Shown: piece after piece, positions 38,715 through 48,044 of the stretch
Layout of the letters: each line of letters starts with the position of its first letter
How positions within the stretch are numbered: position 1 is the first letter of the stretch
IMG/VR virus record: IMGVR_UViG_3300035502_000495
DNA from: a virus
Taxonomy: Duplodnaviria; Heunggongvirae; Uroviricota; Caudoviricetes
Direction: 5' to 3' (one strand)
Length of the DNA stretch: 64,000 nucleotides
Notes under the pieces: model-generated
Told to the model about the DNA's origin: nothing
Database searches by the model: none
Seen by the model: the letters and a program-made list of their open reading frames with translations, nothing else
Position numbers and translations under genes: made by a program

Positions 38715-39124
38715 TTATTGGCATATTTTTTATACGGTATATGCCTTACCGCTGCCACCATTACGCACTGACTATGCGGAAGATTTCTCTTCATTGACTT
38801 TTACTATAACAACCCAAAGTCATTAAGGCGGTTATAAGGTTCGCTACTCACTCTAGCGCGTCACTCTCTTCAAAGAATATTTCCGAATATCTTTAAGTTT
38901 GTTTAAGCCAACCAAGTGACGAGGAAATATTAATGCCATCTCTAAAACTATCCTACAATGCCAGTTTCATAATAACTAACACACGCTTTCTTTCAGTTCA
39001 TGGATTAGAACCAAGATATTGTTTTACTTCATCTCTTGTTTTGAAGTATCATGATATAAAAGTTAGACCAAGTAGACTCTTACTTGTGGTAGAGCTTGTT
39101 AACAATCTCTATAAATCTAACTAG

Positions 39125-39206
39125 TGGGCAGAGAAGGACTCGAACCTTCGATGTTTCTGATGTCAGGATTTTACAGACCCCTACCCTCGCCGCTAGGTTA
39201 CCTGCC
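39125..39206 (-). tRNA. tRNA-Tyr (GUA), type II
   Basis: Acceptor GGGCAGG/TCTGCCC, D arm ACC-TAGCGGCGAG-GGT, anticodon loop CTGTAAA identical to E. coli tRNA-Tyr, T arm GAAGG-TTCGAGT-CCTTC, A73. Confidence 0.65.
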
Positions 39207-39537
39207 CAAGTATATTGGGGAATTATCCCCTGACTTAGTTTTACGGACTAAATCTTCGAGACTGCGCAGTCTCCGCCGTGTTTTCTTTAAAGTCTATATT
39301 CCTTCAAGACTTGGTTCTTATTTATGTCCTCCCCATATGGCAGGTTTTCTTAAATGGTTTCCTCATTATCCCAGTGCATTTATATACCGAGCTGAGATTG
39401 ACGCGGTTGGAATCCTATTCTTTATCATTAGATTGCCATCTAACTAGAGCTTGTACTTCGCTCTCCCAATTACTTCACATTCTAATTGGTAAGACGTTAT
39501 TGAACCTTGGAAGGAGCGACCTTCTCATATCAATAAA

Positions 39538-39606
39538 TTCTGATGCTGGACTCGAACCAGCGGTTTCGGGGCTACCGACGTTTTATCCCATTAAACTAAT
39601 CAGACT
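39538..39606 (-). ncRNA. aberrant tRNA-like element (acceptor + D arm + T arm, non-canonical anticodon arm)
   Basis: T arm GCTGG-TTCGAGT-CCAGC, 6-bp acceptor GTCTGAT/ATCAGAA, D stem GTTT/AAAC, but the middle folds only as CGGT-AGCCCCGAA-ACCG (9-nt loop, no variable region); promoter motif copy upstream at 39710-39765. Confidence 0.4.
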
Positions 39607-40403
39607 TTAAACAGATTATGCTACCTTCTCCCATCTGTTATGGAACCAACTAGTTTTTATTTTATAAACTATTTTAAATAAATAAAATAGAACTCGTTTA
39701 ATTTTTTCTTTTTATTATATAAATATTATAATATATATTTTATTAAAAATCAATTAAGAATTGTAGCAATTTTTTTATAACAGAAAACTGCTAAAAACTG
39801 AGAAAGTGGAAAGAAAAAGTAATAAATTATTTTAATAAAATCCTACATACCTACAGACGAAGATTATAACTTCATTTTATTTTAATAATACGTGCTATTT
39901 ACACTAGTCTGTTTTATGGAACGATTTTATTTAAATTGTGCAATACCAGTATTTGCACCACGGTATTCAGGCACCCGTGTTTTCGTCGACTCTGGATATC
40001 CTGCCTTCATTCGTCATTATTTAAAAGGAAAAGAAAATGACAACCAAACCTACATTCACCGATATTTCGGAATATATCCTCTTGATATATTAAGTCACTC
40101 TTGTTCTGGGAAAGAGAACCTTCGACAGAATTTACTTATCTCTATTCTAGTTTCGAAATAAGCATCATTCTATCTATTGCTACGCATCAGAATTGAACTG
40201 ATTTAACCAAGCTTATGAGGCTCGGTGAGATATCCAACCTCCCGCCAGCTATATTTAATTTGATTATTTTGTATGTCAAGCAATGTTATCATCATAAAAG
40301 TTATTTTCTAACCACGTTTACTTTCAAATTGCGTTAAGTCTTTAACTACCTTTGCTTAATAAAGGTGCTATTATTAAATAGCTGTTGGTTGACAAAGCCA
40401 AAT

Positions 40404-40475
40404 AGCGTGTATGGGATTCGGACCCATGTAACTACCTTGAAGGGGTAGCTTCTGACACCACTCGAATAACACGCC
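40404..40475 (-). tRNA. tRNA-Glu (UUC)
   Basis: Acceptor GGCGTGT/ACACGCT, anticodon stem CTACC/GGTAG loop CCTTCAA, T arm ATGGG-TCCGAAT-CCCAT (C55). Confidence 0.6.
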
Positions 40476-40909
40476 AGATTAATGGCACTTTATTTTATAA
40501 GGTGTGCCTACCTTAAAAAGAGAGGGTTAAACAAAAATTTTTCTGTCTGTATTGCTCTTGTAAGATTTGAACTTACATTAAAGTAATAAACTTTTGTCTT
40601 ATCATTAAACGAAAGAGCATTTGCAAGTGCCTCGAAGAGAGCTGCTAAAAATCTAGGCTTTGATATTTGGACTTGCAATCTTTGGGGTAATGTCTTATGC
40701 TTGAGCTGCATTACCCCACCTTCTAAAAAACATTTTATTTATTTATCTTATATAAATATTATATTATATTTTTTTAATAAAATCAATTAAGAATATTATC
40801 TTCCATGAAAGTAATATAGCCTTCGAGTCAGCCAACTGCCAATTTATTGGATTTCAGTGCGTTTATTATTCCTCCCGCACACTTTGGATGACCTATTATC
40901 TAGGTAAAC

Positions 40910-40982
40910 TGGGAAGGTGGGGCTTGAACCCACGACACCACGATTAATCAAAAATTAAGATTTGAACTTAAACCAATTCCCA
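40910..40982 (-). pseudogene. degenerate tRNA-like element (5-nt anticodon loop)
   Basis: Perfect T arm GTGGG-TTCAAGC-CCCAC and 6-bp acceptor TGGGAA/TTCCCA, D stem GTTT/AAAT, but anticodon arm TTAAT-TTTTG-ATTAA; overlaps 3' end of HNH gene. Confidence 0.35.
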
Positions 40983-41585
40983 TTGTTCATCAGTAAAATT
41001 ATTTATATCTTTTTTTCTACTTGGTAAATTTTCAGTTTTACACCATTTAGTAATTGCTTTATCACTAACTCCATATTGTTCTCCTATCTTTGTAAAAGGA
41101 ACTGTTCTAATAAGATGTTTTAAAGTATCTCTATCTGGTCTTTCAACTATTCGAGATTGTTTTTTATAACAATCTTCACATAAACCACTTTTAGAATATC
41201 TTGTAATTTCCTTGCCGCAATTTGAACAAAAATACATTTTTTTATTTTGCAATTGTCCTTTATTTTCTCTTAATTGATTAGCAATATCTTCATTATAAAC
41301 TTTATACTTATATAATTCTTCCTCAGAAAAAAGTTTATCGTGAATTTCTCTATGGCAATTTGCACAAACTAAAATACATTTTTTTATTTCTGCTAAATCT
41401 TTTTCTAAATCATGGCAAGTTCCATTAGAAGAAATACCATATAATTTTTCTTCAGCATTGATATGATGAAATTCTAAAGCTGAATTAGTTTTATGATAAC
41501 CACATATATTACACTGATTACCACATACCTTAATTAAATTATCTTTTCTTCTTCTTCTATAATTACTTGTTTCTGTTGCACCCAT
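40968..41585 (-). CDS. HNH endonuclease (homing-endonuclease-like) with C-terminal HTH
   Basis: VCGNQCNICGYHK...LEFHHI...VCANCHREIH HNH motif; AAAGGAG RBS before internal Met at 41585 (ORF track start 41681 overlaps a tRNA fragment). Confidence 0.65.
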   Translation of the reverse strand: MGATETSNYRRRRKDNLIKVCGNQCNICGYHKTNSALEFHHINAEEKLYGISSNGTCHDLEKDLAEIKKCILVCANCHREIHDKLFSEEELYKYKVYNEDIANQLRENKGQLQNKKMYFCSNCGKEITRYSKSGLCEDCYKKQSRIVERPDRDTLKHLIRTVPFTKIGEQYGVSDKAITKWCKTENLPSRKKDINNFTDEQWELV

Positions 41586-41680
41586 ATTTTTCACTCCTTT
41601 ATTTTTCATACTGTATATGAAAAATAAACCGATATGATTAATTACTGTTGTCCAATGTTCATTTATGCTACTTAACACCA

Positions 41681-41720
41681 TTTTTGCACAGTCGTGTGCT
41701 CATACCAACTGAGCTACATC
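41681..41720 (-). pseudogene. tRNA 5'-half fragment (acceptor + D arm only)
   Basis: Minus strand GGGATGT-AG-CTCA-GTTGGTA-TGAG-C... then no pairing anticodon or T arm; lies between two promoter motif copies and the HNH gene. Confidence 0.4.
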
Positions 41721-41943
41721 CCAAAATTTCAAACAAGACACTTTATTTTTAAATTAAATTAATAACTATTACTTTTAAATATAAATTTGATATTCTTTTT
41801 AAAAATTGCAGTATGTGTCTTTATTTTTTCTTTTGTTTTATTATATTAATATTATAATATAATTTTTTATTAAAATCAATTAAGCACTTTTGATAAATTA
41901 TTTTTTTCTTTTTGTTTATATAAATATTATAACAAAAATTTTT

Positions 41944-42273
41944 TTAAATTTCAAATATTTTATAATTATAATGAAGAAGCAATTCTTTAATATTTTTATA
42001 TCCAACTAGATTAAAACTATGGCACTCAAAACCATCAATTTTAATATTATTTGCAACAATATACTTTGCTAAATCATATCCAGTCTTTTTTCCGCCTAAA
42101 TCATGGTCAAAAGCTACAAAAACAGTTCCATCTAGCTTATTATCTTTAACTTTATCTAACCAATCTTTGGCTTGATTATAAGTTTTACAAATTATTATTT
42201 CTTCAAAAACTGATTTCATCTTCTCTGGAACTGCTCTTTCATCATCAATCCATAATAAATATTTCCATTTCAC
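41944..42273 (-). CDS. CheY-like receiver (REC) domain protein, stand-alone
   Basis: YLLWIDDE... acidic pocket, FDHDLGG, conserved Lys; 109 aa. Confidence 0.35.
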   Translation of the reverse strand: MKWKYLLWIDDERAVPEKMKSVFEEIIICKTYNQAKDWLDKVKDNKLDGTVFVAFDHDLGGKKTGYDLAKYIVANNIKIDGFECHSFNLVGYKNIKELLLHYNYKIFEI

Positions 42274-42356
42274 ATAATCACTTCTTTCTTTTCTTTATAT
42301 AAATATTATATCAAAAATTTTATATAAAATCAAAAGAAAGAAAATAACTAAATATT

Positions 42357-42941
42357 TTATTTAAATTGATGTTGCTCTATTTGAAGGCGACAACCTTTTA
42401 CTCGTCTGCTAAAAAAATAATAATCATTCATTTCATAATAATTATTATTATAATATATTAAAGTATTTCCTTCTAAAACATACATAGCTGCCTCTAAACA
42501 TTCTTCTGGCAATTCCCCATTATCATATAGTTTTAATGCTTTATTTAAATTTCCGTCTGTTACAGGAGTAAATTGACCAGATTGATAAATTACATCATGG
42601 ATTGAGTTTTCAAAAATCTCTGAATTAACTCTATTCATAACCACAATACCTACAGCTTGCTGTCCAGCTTCGCATTGATTGCCAGCTTCCGCATAAATAA
42701 TTGATGCCATATATCTTAAATCTTCTGCATCAAAATCAACTTCCTCTTGTTCTGTATTTTCTTCTATTGTTTCTTCTTCATTAGTTTCTATTTCTATTAT
42801 TTCTTCTTCTTCAAAAGCAGTATCTTGTATTAAAGATTGAAAATCTACTACTTCTATTTGTAAATCTTGTGTTGGCAAGGGATTAAATAATGATAACACA
42901 AAACTCATTACATTAATTCCTAAAAAGTATTTAATTTTCAT
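42357..42941 (-). CDS. secreted SleB-like cell-wall hydrolase (Hydrolase_2 family)
   Basis: Signal peptide; YMASIIYAEAGNQCEAGQQAVGIVVMNRV...IYQSGQFTPVTDG matches SleB motif ArvIyaEA...gq.aVa.VvlNRv...QFs. Confidence 0.6.
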   Translation of the reverse strand: MKIKYFLGINVMSFVLSLFNPLPTQDLQIEVVDFQSLIQDTAFEEEEIIEIETNEEETIEENTEQEEVDFDAEDLRYMASIIYAEAGNQCEAGQQAVGIVVMNRVNSEIFENSIHDVIYQSGQFTPVTDGNLNKALKLYDNGELPEECLEAAMYVLEGNTLIYYNNNYYEMNDYYFFSRRVKGCRLQIEQHQFK

Positions 42942-43068
42942 TAGTTTGTTTTCTTACCTTTCTTCTTAATGTTTTGCGAAATTTCTCAAAACCTATACAA
43001 GAACAAGTAGAAAATAATTAAAAGCCAAAAAATATTATTTTCTATAGTACAAGACTAAATATTTCTGT

Positions 43069-43338
43069 CTATTTCCTTTTAGTACATTTCTCCCAATAAT
43101 TTAAAAAATTTTGTTTATCTGGATACATTTCTCTAATCCGAGATAAATTCTCATAGTCTTGAATAGCTTGCTCTCTAGTCCAGACTTCTTTCCACGTACT
43201 ACAATGCGGTTTGAGCCGCCTATACGCTCCTCCGTCTGGGATTTCCGCAAGTTTATCGTGTCTAAGTTTTCGATTAGATAGACGATAATCCTCTTTCTCT
43301 TGAATGACGATTGGAAATTTTTTATAAGACCTACTCAT
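43069..43338 (-). CDS. hypothetical protein
   Basis: 89-aa ORF in minus-strand array. Confidence 0.3.
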   Translation of the reverse strand: MSRSYKKFPIVIQEKEDYRLSNRKLRHDKLAEIPDGGAYRRLKPHCSTWKEVWTREQAIQDYENLSRIREMYPDKQNFLNYWEKCTKRK

Positions 43339-43379
43339 ATATAATACCTCCTTAAAAGTATTACATAATAATCACTCCT

Positions 43380-43931
43380 TTATTTCTCCCATTGGTGTCT
43401 TACTTTTCTTTGGGTTTTCCAATTTTTTTCAACAGTAGTATAGTTCCACTCTTCAACTTCTTTGTGACTACCTCTATTGTATTTTTTATACTCTGGATTA
43501 GCATACATAGCTAATAAAGCTTTTTTATGATTATGCGGTGATTCATCTTTCCAACCCCTAGATTTATGAATCCCCTCAACAGGCTCTCGCCTAAACATGC
43601 CTTTATAAATACGTTTTTTAACCCAATAAGAACGTTTCTTATTAATATAAGATGGTTTATTTTTTAAATATTTTATAAAATAATCCCAAGCCTCATTACG
43701 ATATACCTGTGGAGTAATTCTTCTTCCATGTCCATCCCAATATTCATAATTGAGTCTATTGTTAAAATACTTATCACAAAATAATATAGAATCATAAAAT
43801 GAGCCTTTAAAGCCTTCTGCTAAAAAAGCAATTAGTTCTTTTTCATTATTAAATTTTTGAATTTTATATTGATGCTTCCAACCTATTTCATAACCTACAT
43901 AAATAGCATCGTCATTCATTATATTATACAT
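43380..43931 (-). CDS. hypothetical protein
   Basis: 183-aa ORF, W/Y/K-rich. Confidence 0.3.
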   Translation of the reverse strand: MYNIMNDDAIYVGYEIGWKHQYKIQKFNNEKELIAFLAEGFKGSFYDSILFCDKYFNNRLNYEYWDGHGRRITPQVYRNEAWDYFIKYLKNKPSYINKKRSYWVKKRIYKGMFRREPVEGIHKSRGWKDESPHNHKKALLAMYANPEYKKYNRGSHKEVEEWNYTTVEKNWKTQRKVRHQWEK

Positions 43932-43975
43932 AGTAATTCTCCTTTATTTTATTTTACTTACTTACTACATATAAA

Positions 43976-44048
43976 TAGAAAGTCTGAGATTTGAACTCAG
44001 CATCTCTGGCGTATCAGACCAGTGTACTAACCAACTATACTAACTTTC
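43976..44048 (-). tRNA. tRNA-Ile (GAU)
   Basis: Acceptor AGAAAGT/ACTTTCT, D arm GTAT-AGTTGGTTA-GTAC, anticodon stem CTGGT/GCCAG loop CTGATAC, T arm CTGAG-TTCAAAT-CTCAG. Confidence 0.7.
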
Positions 44049-44258
44049 TATAATCCCAAAGATTTAAGCGGCATCTCTATACTTGGGTAGTTTTATATGG
44101 ATTTCGCCATAGGAAAGTTTTATTTATATACGTTCTTGAAAAATATCTGCTTAAAGTAGATATCCCGCATCCGCACTCTGCAGCCATAACGGCACCAGTT
44201 TTAAAGACTTCTGGATTGTCTGCTGATTATAAAATAATATTACAAGTTTTATGAAAAA

Positions 44259-44549
44259 CTAAATAATAAAATTAGCCTTTCTTGACATGGAATTTATCCA
44301 ATTTTTATATTTTCTTTCATCCTCTTGTTTATCCCAAGAGTAGAGTAAGACATTCTTTTTAAGATTGTAACTAATATGACTTGCATTAAATGTTTCTTTT
44401 AACATCAATACAAAATCTGCGGGAGCCATGCCTAAAAGGCGACATGGCAACCACCAATTATTAGAGCCGCCAGCTAAATTTTCCACATCTCCGCAGTGCC
44501 AACGTCCAATACCATCTTCCCATTCATTACACTTATATAAGTGACTCAT
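44259..44549 (-). CDS. hypothetical protein
   Basis: 96-aa ORF. Confidence 0.3.
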   Translation of the reverse strand: MSHLYKCNEWEDGIGRWHCGDVENLAGGSNNWWLPCRLLGMAPADFVLMLKETFNASHISYNLKKNVLLYSWDKQEDERKYKNWINSMSRKANFII

Positions 44550-44866
44550 TACTGTGTTAAACCTAACTTTGCACAGAGGTCTGCAACTGCTTGCTTCTCT
44601 TCTGCGGTTGGTTCTGCTACAGAAGTTTTCGTAACTGGAGTTGAAGCTGATGCTGCCTTAGTTTCACTTAATACTGCAACTCTGCTATCATTTTCATCAT
44701 TCTCAACATTGGTTTTCGCACAAGTCAGAGTAACTTTTATTTGGACTGGCTCTCCATTCTCAAGGACTGGAATACGTATCTCTTTATCATACTTAAATGA
44801 ACCCTGAAATGTCTCAAGAATTTTTGCGATTATTTCTTCCTTTGCTATACTTCCTTTTGCTGCCAT
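44549..44866 (-). CDS. hypothetical protein
   Basis: 105 aa; start overlaps previous stop. Confidence 0.3.
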   Translation of the reverse strand: MAAKGSIAKEEIIAKILETFQGSFKYDKEIRIPVLENGEPVQIKVTLTCAKTNVENDENDSRVAVLSETKAASASTPVTKTSVAEPTAEEKQAVADLCAKLGLTQ

Positions 44867-44891
44867 AATTATTTCTCCTTTATTTTATTCT

Positions 44892-45437
44892 TTAAACTTC
44901 TTTGTGCATTTTAAAAAATACTGGAACGCCCATAAGCTCTGTCGTATTTTCATATCTACAATCTCCAAGATTAGAAACTATATTAGCCTCTCCTACGGTA
45001 TCTGAATCTGCCGCCCAATAAGATGCTGCTGGAGTATTTGATTCGTGCCTTCCTTTTATTCTAGCTAAATTTCCATATAATTTATACCAAGCAAAATATT
45101 CATTTTTATTTTTCCTTTCATCAGTCCCAAATAATTGACAGATATCTGGAATAAATAAATAATCTATATCTATTAATGTATTTTCATCAAAAAATATTAT
45201 ATTATTGTAGCTACCTGTATTATAAATTTCTATTAAAATATCTATAATATGATTATAGTCAGATTTCACAAATATTTCATCAAAAGAAAAAAAATAATCA
45301 TTTTTATCTATATGAACACATGTACATGGGTGACCACCAATAAAAATTCTGCCTCCAACTGAAATATCATCATCATTAATCATCTTTTGTAATAAAGATT
45401 TATTTCTTTGTGTTTTCTGCTTAGGATATGATATCAT
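44892..45437 (-). CDS. hypothetical protein, paralog A of 49266..49820
   Basis: About 60% identity to ORF 49266..49820 over the full length (HPCTCVHIDKNDYFFSFDEIF, IDYLFIPD, GVPVFFKMHKEV shared). Confidence 0.5.
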   Translation of the reverse strand: MISYPKQKTQRNKSLLQKMINDDDISVGGRIFIGGHPCTCVHIDKNDYFFSFDEIFVKSDYNHIIDILIEIYNTGSYNNIIFFDENTLIDIDYLFIPDICQLFGTDERKNKNEYFAWYKLYGNLARIKGRHESNTPAASYWAADSDTVGEANIVSNLGDCRYENTTELMGVPVFFKMHKEV

Positions 45438-45503
45438 TACTATTATTTCTCCTTTATTTTATTATATAAATATTATAATATATTTTTTATTTAAAATCAA
45501 TTA

Positions 45504-46328
45504 TTATTTATTTTTTTTAATCATAATATTTTTATCTTCTAAGGTTGCCGCTAAGTGTTCAATAGCTTCACATATTCTACAGCTTTTACATTTTTGACAG
45601 CGTTTTCCACACTTAATTCTATATTCTGCAAATTGCGGCAATATAAATCTACTATCAAGAGTGTCATTATTAAAACTTAAAATTACTTCACTAAGCTTCC
45701 CCATCCATTTCTTATCTATAGCATAAATTTTATAATAAGTCTCAATCGAATCTTCCTTACCAAAAAATTCCATTACATCTACATATGGTTCATATGTATC
45801 TATATCATCAGGACGAATAAAGAATTTTTTTAATGCGGGAGTGCCGCTCCATATGGATTGAGCTACATTTGGAAATACTCTTATCTTGATCCCCGCGCCA
45901 TGAAGTAAGGCTGCCGCTTTATCTATTTCAAATCCCATATCTTCTACTAAATATACATCTGAAGGATTTAACTCCATGATTCCATGTAAAAAATCCCAAT
46001 TATTTACAAAGTCAGAAAAGAAGTATTTATGCTTTATTTCATTCTCTTGTAATAATTGCAATAATTCTTTAACATTATTTTCTTTACAATGTCCTAATAA
46101 AAAGGCAAAGTTAATCTCTGGATGTTCTATAGCTATTGCATTAAAGATTTTTATGCAATCATGAGCAATAAAATCATCTGCGTCTTGAATTGATATAATA
46201 ATTCTTTGATTAGAATGAAGTAACATAAAATCTAATAATGATGCATCTGTTCTACGGAAATTAATCTTTATTTCATCTACATCATTGATATATTTAAAAT
46301 TTCTTTTATAGTCTACGCAATATTTCAT
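45504..46328 (-). CDS. hypothetical protein with C-terminal Cys cluster
   Basis: 274 aa; C-terminal CGKRCQKCKSCRICE. Confidence 0.3.
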   Translation of the reverse strand: MKYCVDYKRNFKYINDVDEIKINFRRTDASLLDFMLLHSNQRIIISIQDADDFIAHDCIKIFNAIAIEHPEINFAFLLGHCKENNVKELLQLLQENEIKHKYFFSDFVNNWDFLHGIMELNPSDVYLVEDMGFEIDKAAALLHGAGIKIRVFPNVAQSIWSGTPALKKFFIRPDDIDTYEPYVDVMEFFGKEDSIETYYKIYAIDKKWMGKLSEVILSFNNDTLDSRFILPQFAEYRIKCGKRCQKCKSCRICEAIEHLAATLEDKNIMIKKNK

Positions 46329-46387
46329 CTTTTTTCCTCATCAAAAATAAGGGATGGTGTTTGCCATCCCTAAATTTTCAGTTCTTA

Positions 46388-46768
46388 TTAAGCCAGCTTG
46401 TAAGCAACGACCTTTCTGCCATCTGAAGTCTTAATGGTATCTTTTACTACTGTTTCAGCCTTAACTAGCTGTGCAAGTCTTGCAACAATCTTAGCCTTAG
46501 TAATACCCTCACCATCAATCTGCGCAGTAATGTCATCTGCTGACTGAAGCTCATCTGTTACCACTGAAAGAACAACTCCTCTGAGTTCATCTCCCTCAGC
46601 TTTCTTCTCAGCAGCCTTCTCCTGTGCCTTAGCCGCCTTTGCGTCAAGTAACTCTACCTGTTTATCAATAAAAGCAAGAACCTCGTCCTTTTGCTCGCTA
46701 TCTGAGTTCTCAACAATTCCCTTAATAATAGCATAAAACTCTTTCTTTGTAGTCTTTCTGTCTGCCAT
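46388..46768 (-). CDS. small DNA-binding-like protein (paralog of 63119..63517)
   Basis: Shared architecture and motifs with ORF 63119..63517 (DxLAFI..ELL, C-terminal KLV..GEVV...KKA). Confidence 0.35.
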   Translation of the reverse strand: MADRKTTKKEFYAIIKGIVENSDSEQKDEVLAFIDKQVELLDAKAAKAQEKAAEKKAEGDELRGVVLSVVTDELQSADDITAQIDGEGITKAKIVARLAQLVKAETVVKDTIKTSDGRKVVAYKLA

Positions 46769-46854
46769 CTTAAAAATCTCCTTTTCTTTAAATTATTAAT
46801 TTTCATTTCTTTATGTATTTATTATATCAAAAATTTTTTCAAAAATCAATCCTA

Positions 46855-47067
46855 TTATTTAATCGCCCTTGTAATTTTTTTTATCTCTGCTTGGGAGAGC
46901 GTTGAAGCTGCAATCCCGCACTCTTCACATGTTTGATAAAAAACCTCTTCAGGCATAGATGAATATGGATAATTTTTAACTTTTTTAATTATCTTTTGTA
47001 TTTTACTTTCTCTTGTATCTAAGTATCCTTCAGCCTCTGCCATATAAAGTCCATAATCTATATTCAT
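46855..47067 (-). CDS. hypothetical protein
   Basis: 70-aa ORF. Confidence 0.25.
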   Translation of the reverse strand: MNIDYGLYMAEAEGYLDTRESKIQKIIKKVKNYPYSSMPEEVFYQTCEECGIAASTLSQAEIKKITRAIK

Positions 47068-47069
47068 AA

Positions 47070-47345
47070 TTACATACTTTCTATTAAAAATGTTTCTAAT
47101 TGAAGAATACCTTTTTCAATCCAAGTTACTGATAAAACTTCACAATCATAAGCAGGTGACTCATAAGCATCTGTAGAAGTAATAATATAATCTGTAATAT
47201 TTTTATTTTTTAAAAATGACTCAACAAAATCACTTAGACTTAAATCTTCATTATTATATTTACAATAATAACCTTCTGTAAGATATCCAGCCTTTTCTAT
47301 TTCATTATATAATTCGTTTACAAATTTTGATTCTATTCTTTCCAT
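47070..47345 (-). CDS. hypothetical protein
   Basis: 91 aa; promoter motif copy upstream. Confidence 0.3.
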   Translation of the reverse strand: MERIESKFVNELYNEIEKAGYLTEGYYCKYNNEDLSLSDFVESFLKNKNITDYIITSTDAYESPAYDCEVLSVTWIEKGILQLETFLIESM

Positions 47346-47407
47346 ATTATTATTCCTTCTTTTCTTTATTCTTTATATAAATATTATAATAAAAATTTTA
47401 TATAAAA

Positions 47408-47614
47408 TCAATAATTATATTTATTACTAACAAAATATTTATATTTTTTAGGCTGTAGCTGTCTATAATAATAATTATCTATAATTGCTGACTCATGAAT
47501 ATCTATAAAACCGCTATGATAATAAGGCTGCCCTTGTTTATCTTTAATATAATCTATAAGAGTTTCAATATTGTTTATTTCTTTTATCATTTTTTGAATT
47601 TCTTCACTTGCCAT
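47408..47614 (-). CDS. hypothetical protein
   Basis: 68 aa; promoter motif copy upstream. Confidence 0.25.
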   Translation of the reverse strand: MASEEIQKMIKEINNIETLIDYIKDKQGQPYYHSGFIDIHESAIIDNYYYRQLQPKKYKYFVSNKYNY

Positions 47615-47772
47615 ATTATCTCTCTCCTTTATCTTATATAAATATTATATAATAAATTTTAATAAAAGTAAAGAAATGATAAAATTGATTTAAAAATTGC
47701 CAAAAGGCTATTTCATTCCTGCACGCGGGTGTTTACTGCCCTAGCAGATAAAAGAAAAAAAGAGCAAATTTA

Positions 47773-48015
47773 TTACTCTTTTTCTTCAAAATTATTCAAA
47801 TATAAATCAAAACTATATGCAGTCTCTGGATATTCTACTTTAAAACCAGTTGATGTATCAAATGTCATTAATCCTAATATTGATTTTCCATCAACTGTAT
47901 ATCTTCCTTTAGTGCAAAGAACATTTCCATCAACTTTTGATGCCTCTCTAATAAAAGAGGTTATATCTGAAATACCATTAATTTTAATTGTTTTATTTTT
48001 CATATTTTCCTCCAA
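47773..48015 (-). CDS. HPr/Crh-like phosphocarrier-fold protein lacking His15
   Basis: KSILGLMTFDTSTGFKV aligns with Crh/HPr KSIMGLMSLAVSTGTEV (Ser46 region conserved); His15 position is Ser (GISDITSFIREASK vs GIHARPATLLVQTASK). Confidence 0.6.
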   Translation of the reverse strand: MEENMKNKTIKINGISDITSFIREASKVDGNVLCTKGRYTVDGKSILGLMTFDTSTGFKVEYPETAYSFDLYLNNFEEKE

Positions 48016-48044
48016 AGAAATAGGGCTTAAACAAGCCCCAAAGA

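Noticed and set aside
39538-39606. tmRNA (ssrA) interpretation of the anticodon-less tRNA-like element
   Set aside because: Both acceptor strands are contiguous within 69 nt and there is no downstream tag-peptide ORF or pseudoknot region. It does not fit one-piece or permuted tmRNA architecture.
38933-40161. Plus-strand ORFs 38933-39124, 39124-39447, 39278-39610 and 39892-40161 in the six-frame track
   Set aside because: They overlap tRNA-Tyr, the tRNA-like element and GC-richer non-coding sequence on the opposite strand. They lack RBS or promoter and have odd composition. More likely spurious ORFs across an RNA-gene region.
40910-41720. Group I intron with HNH gene splitting a single tRNA
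   Set aside because: The 5' fragment acceptor (GGGATGT) is not complementary to the acceptor 3' strand (CTTCCCA) of the downstream T-arm element, so they cannot be halves of one tRNA. No intron core motifs were recognised by eye.
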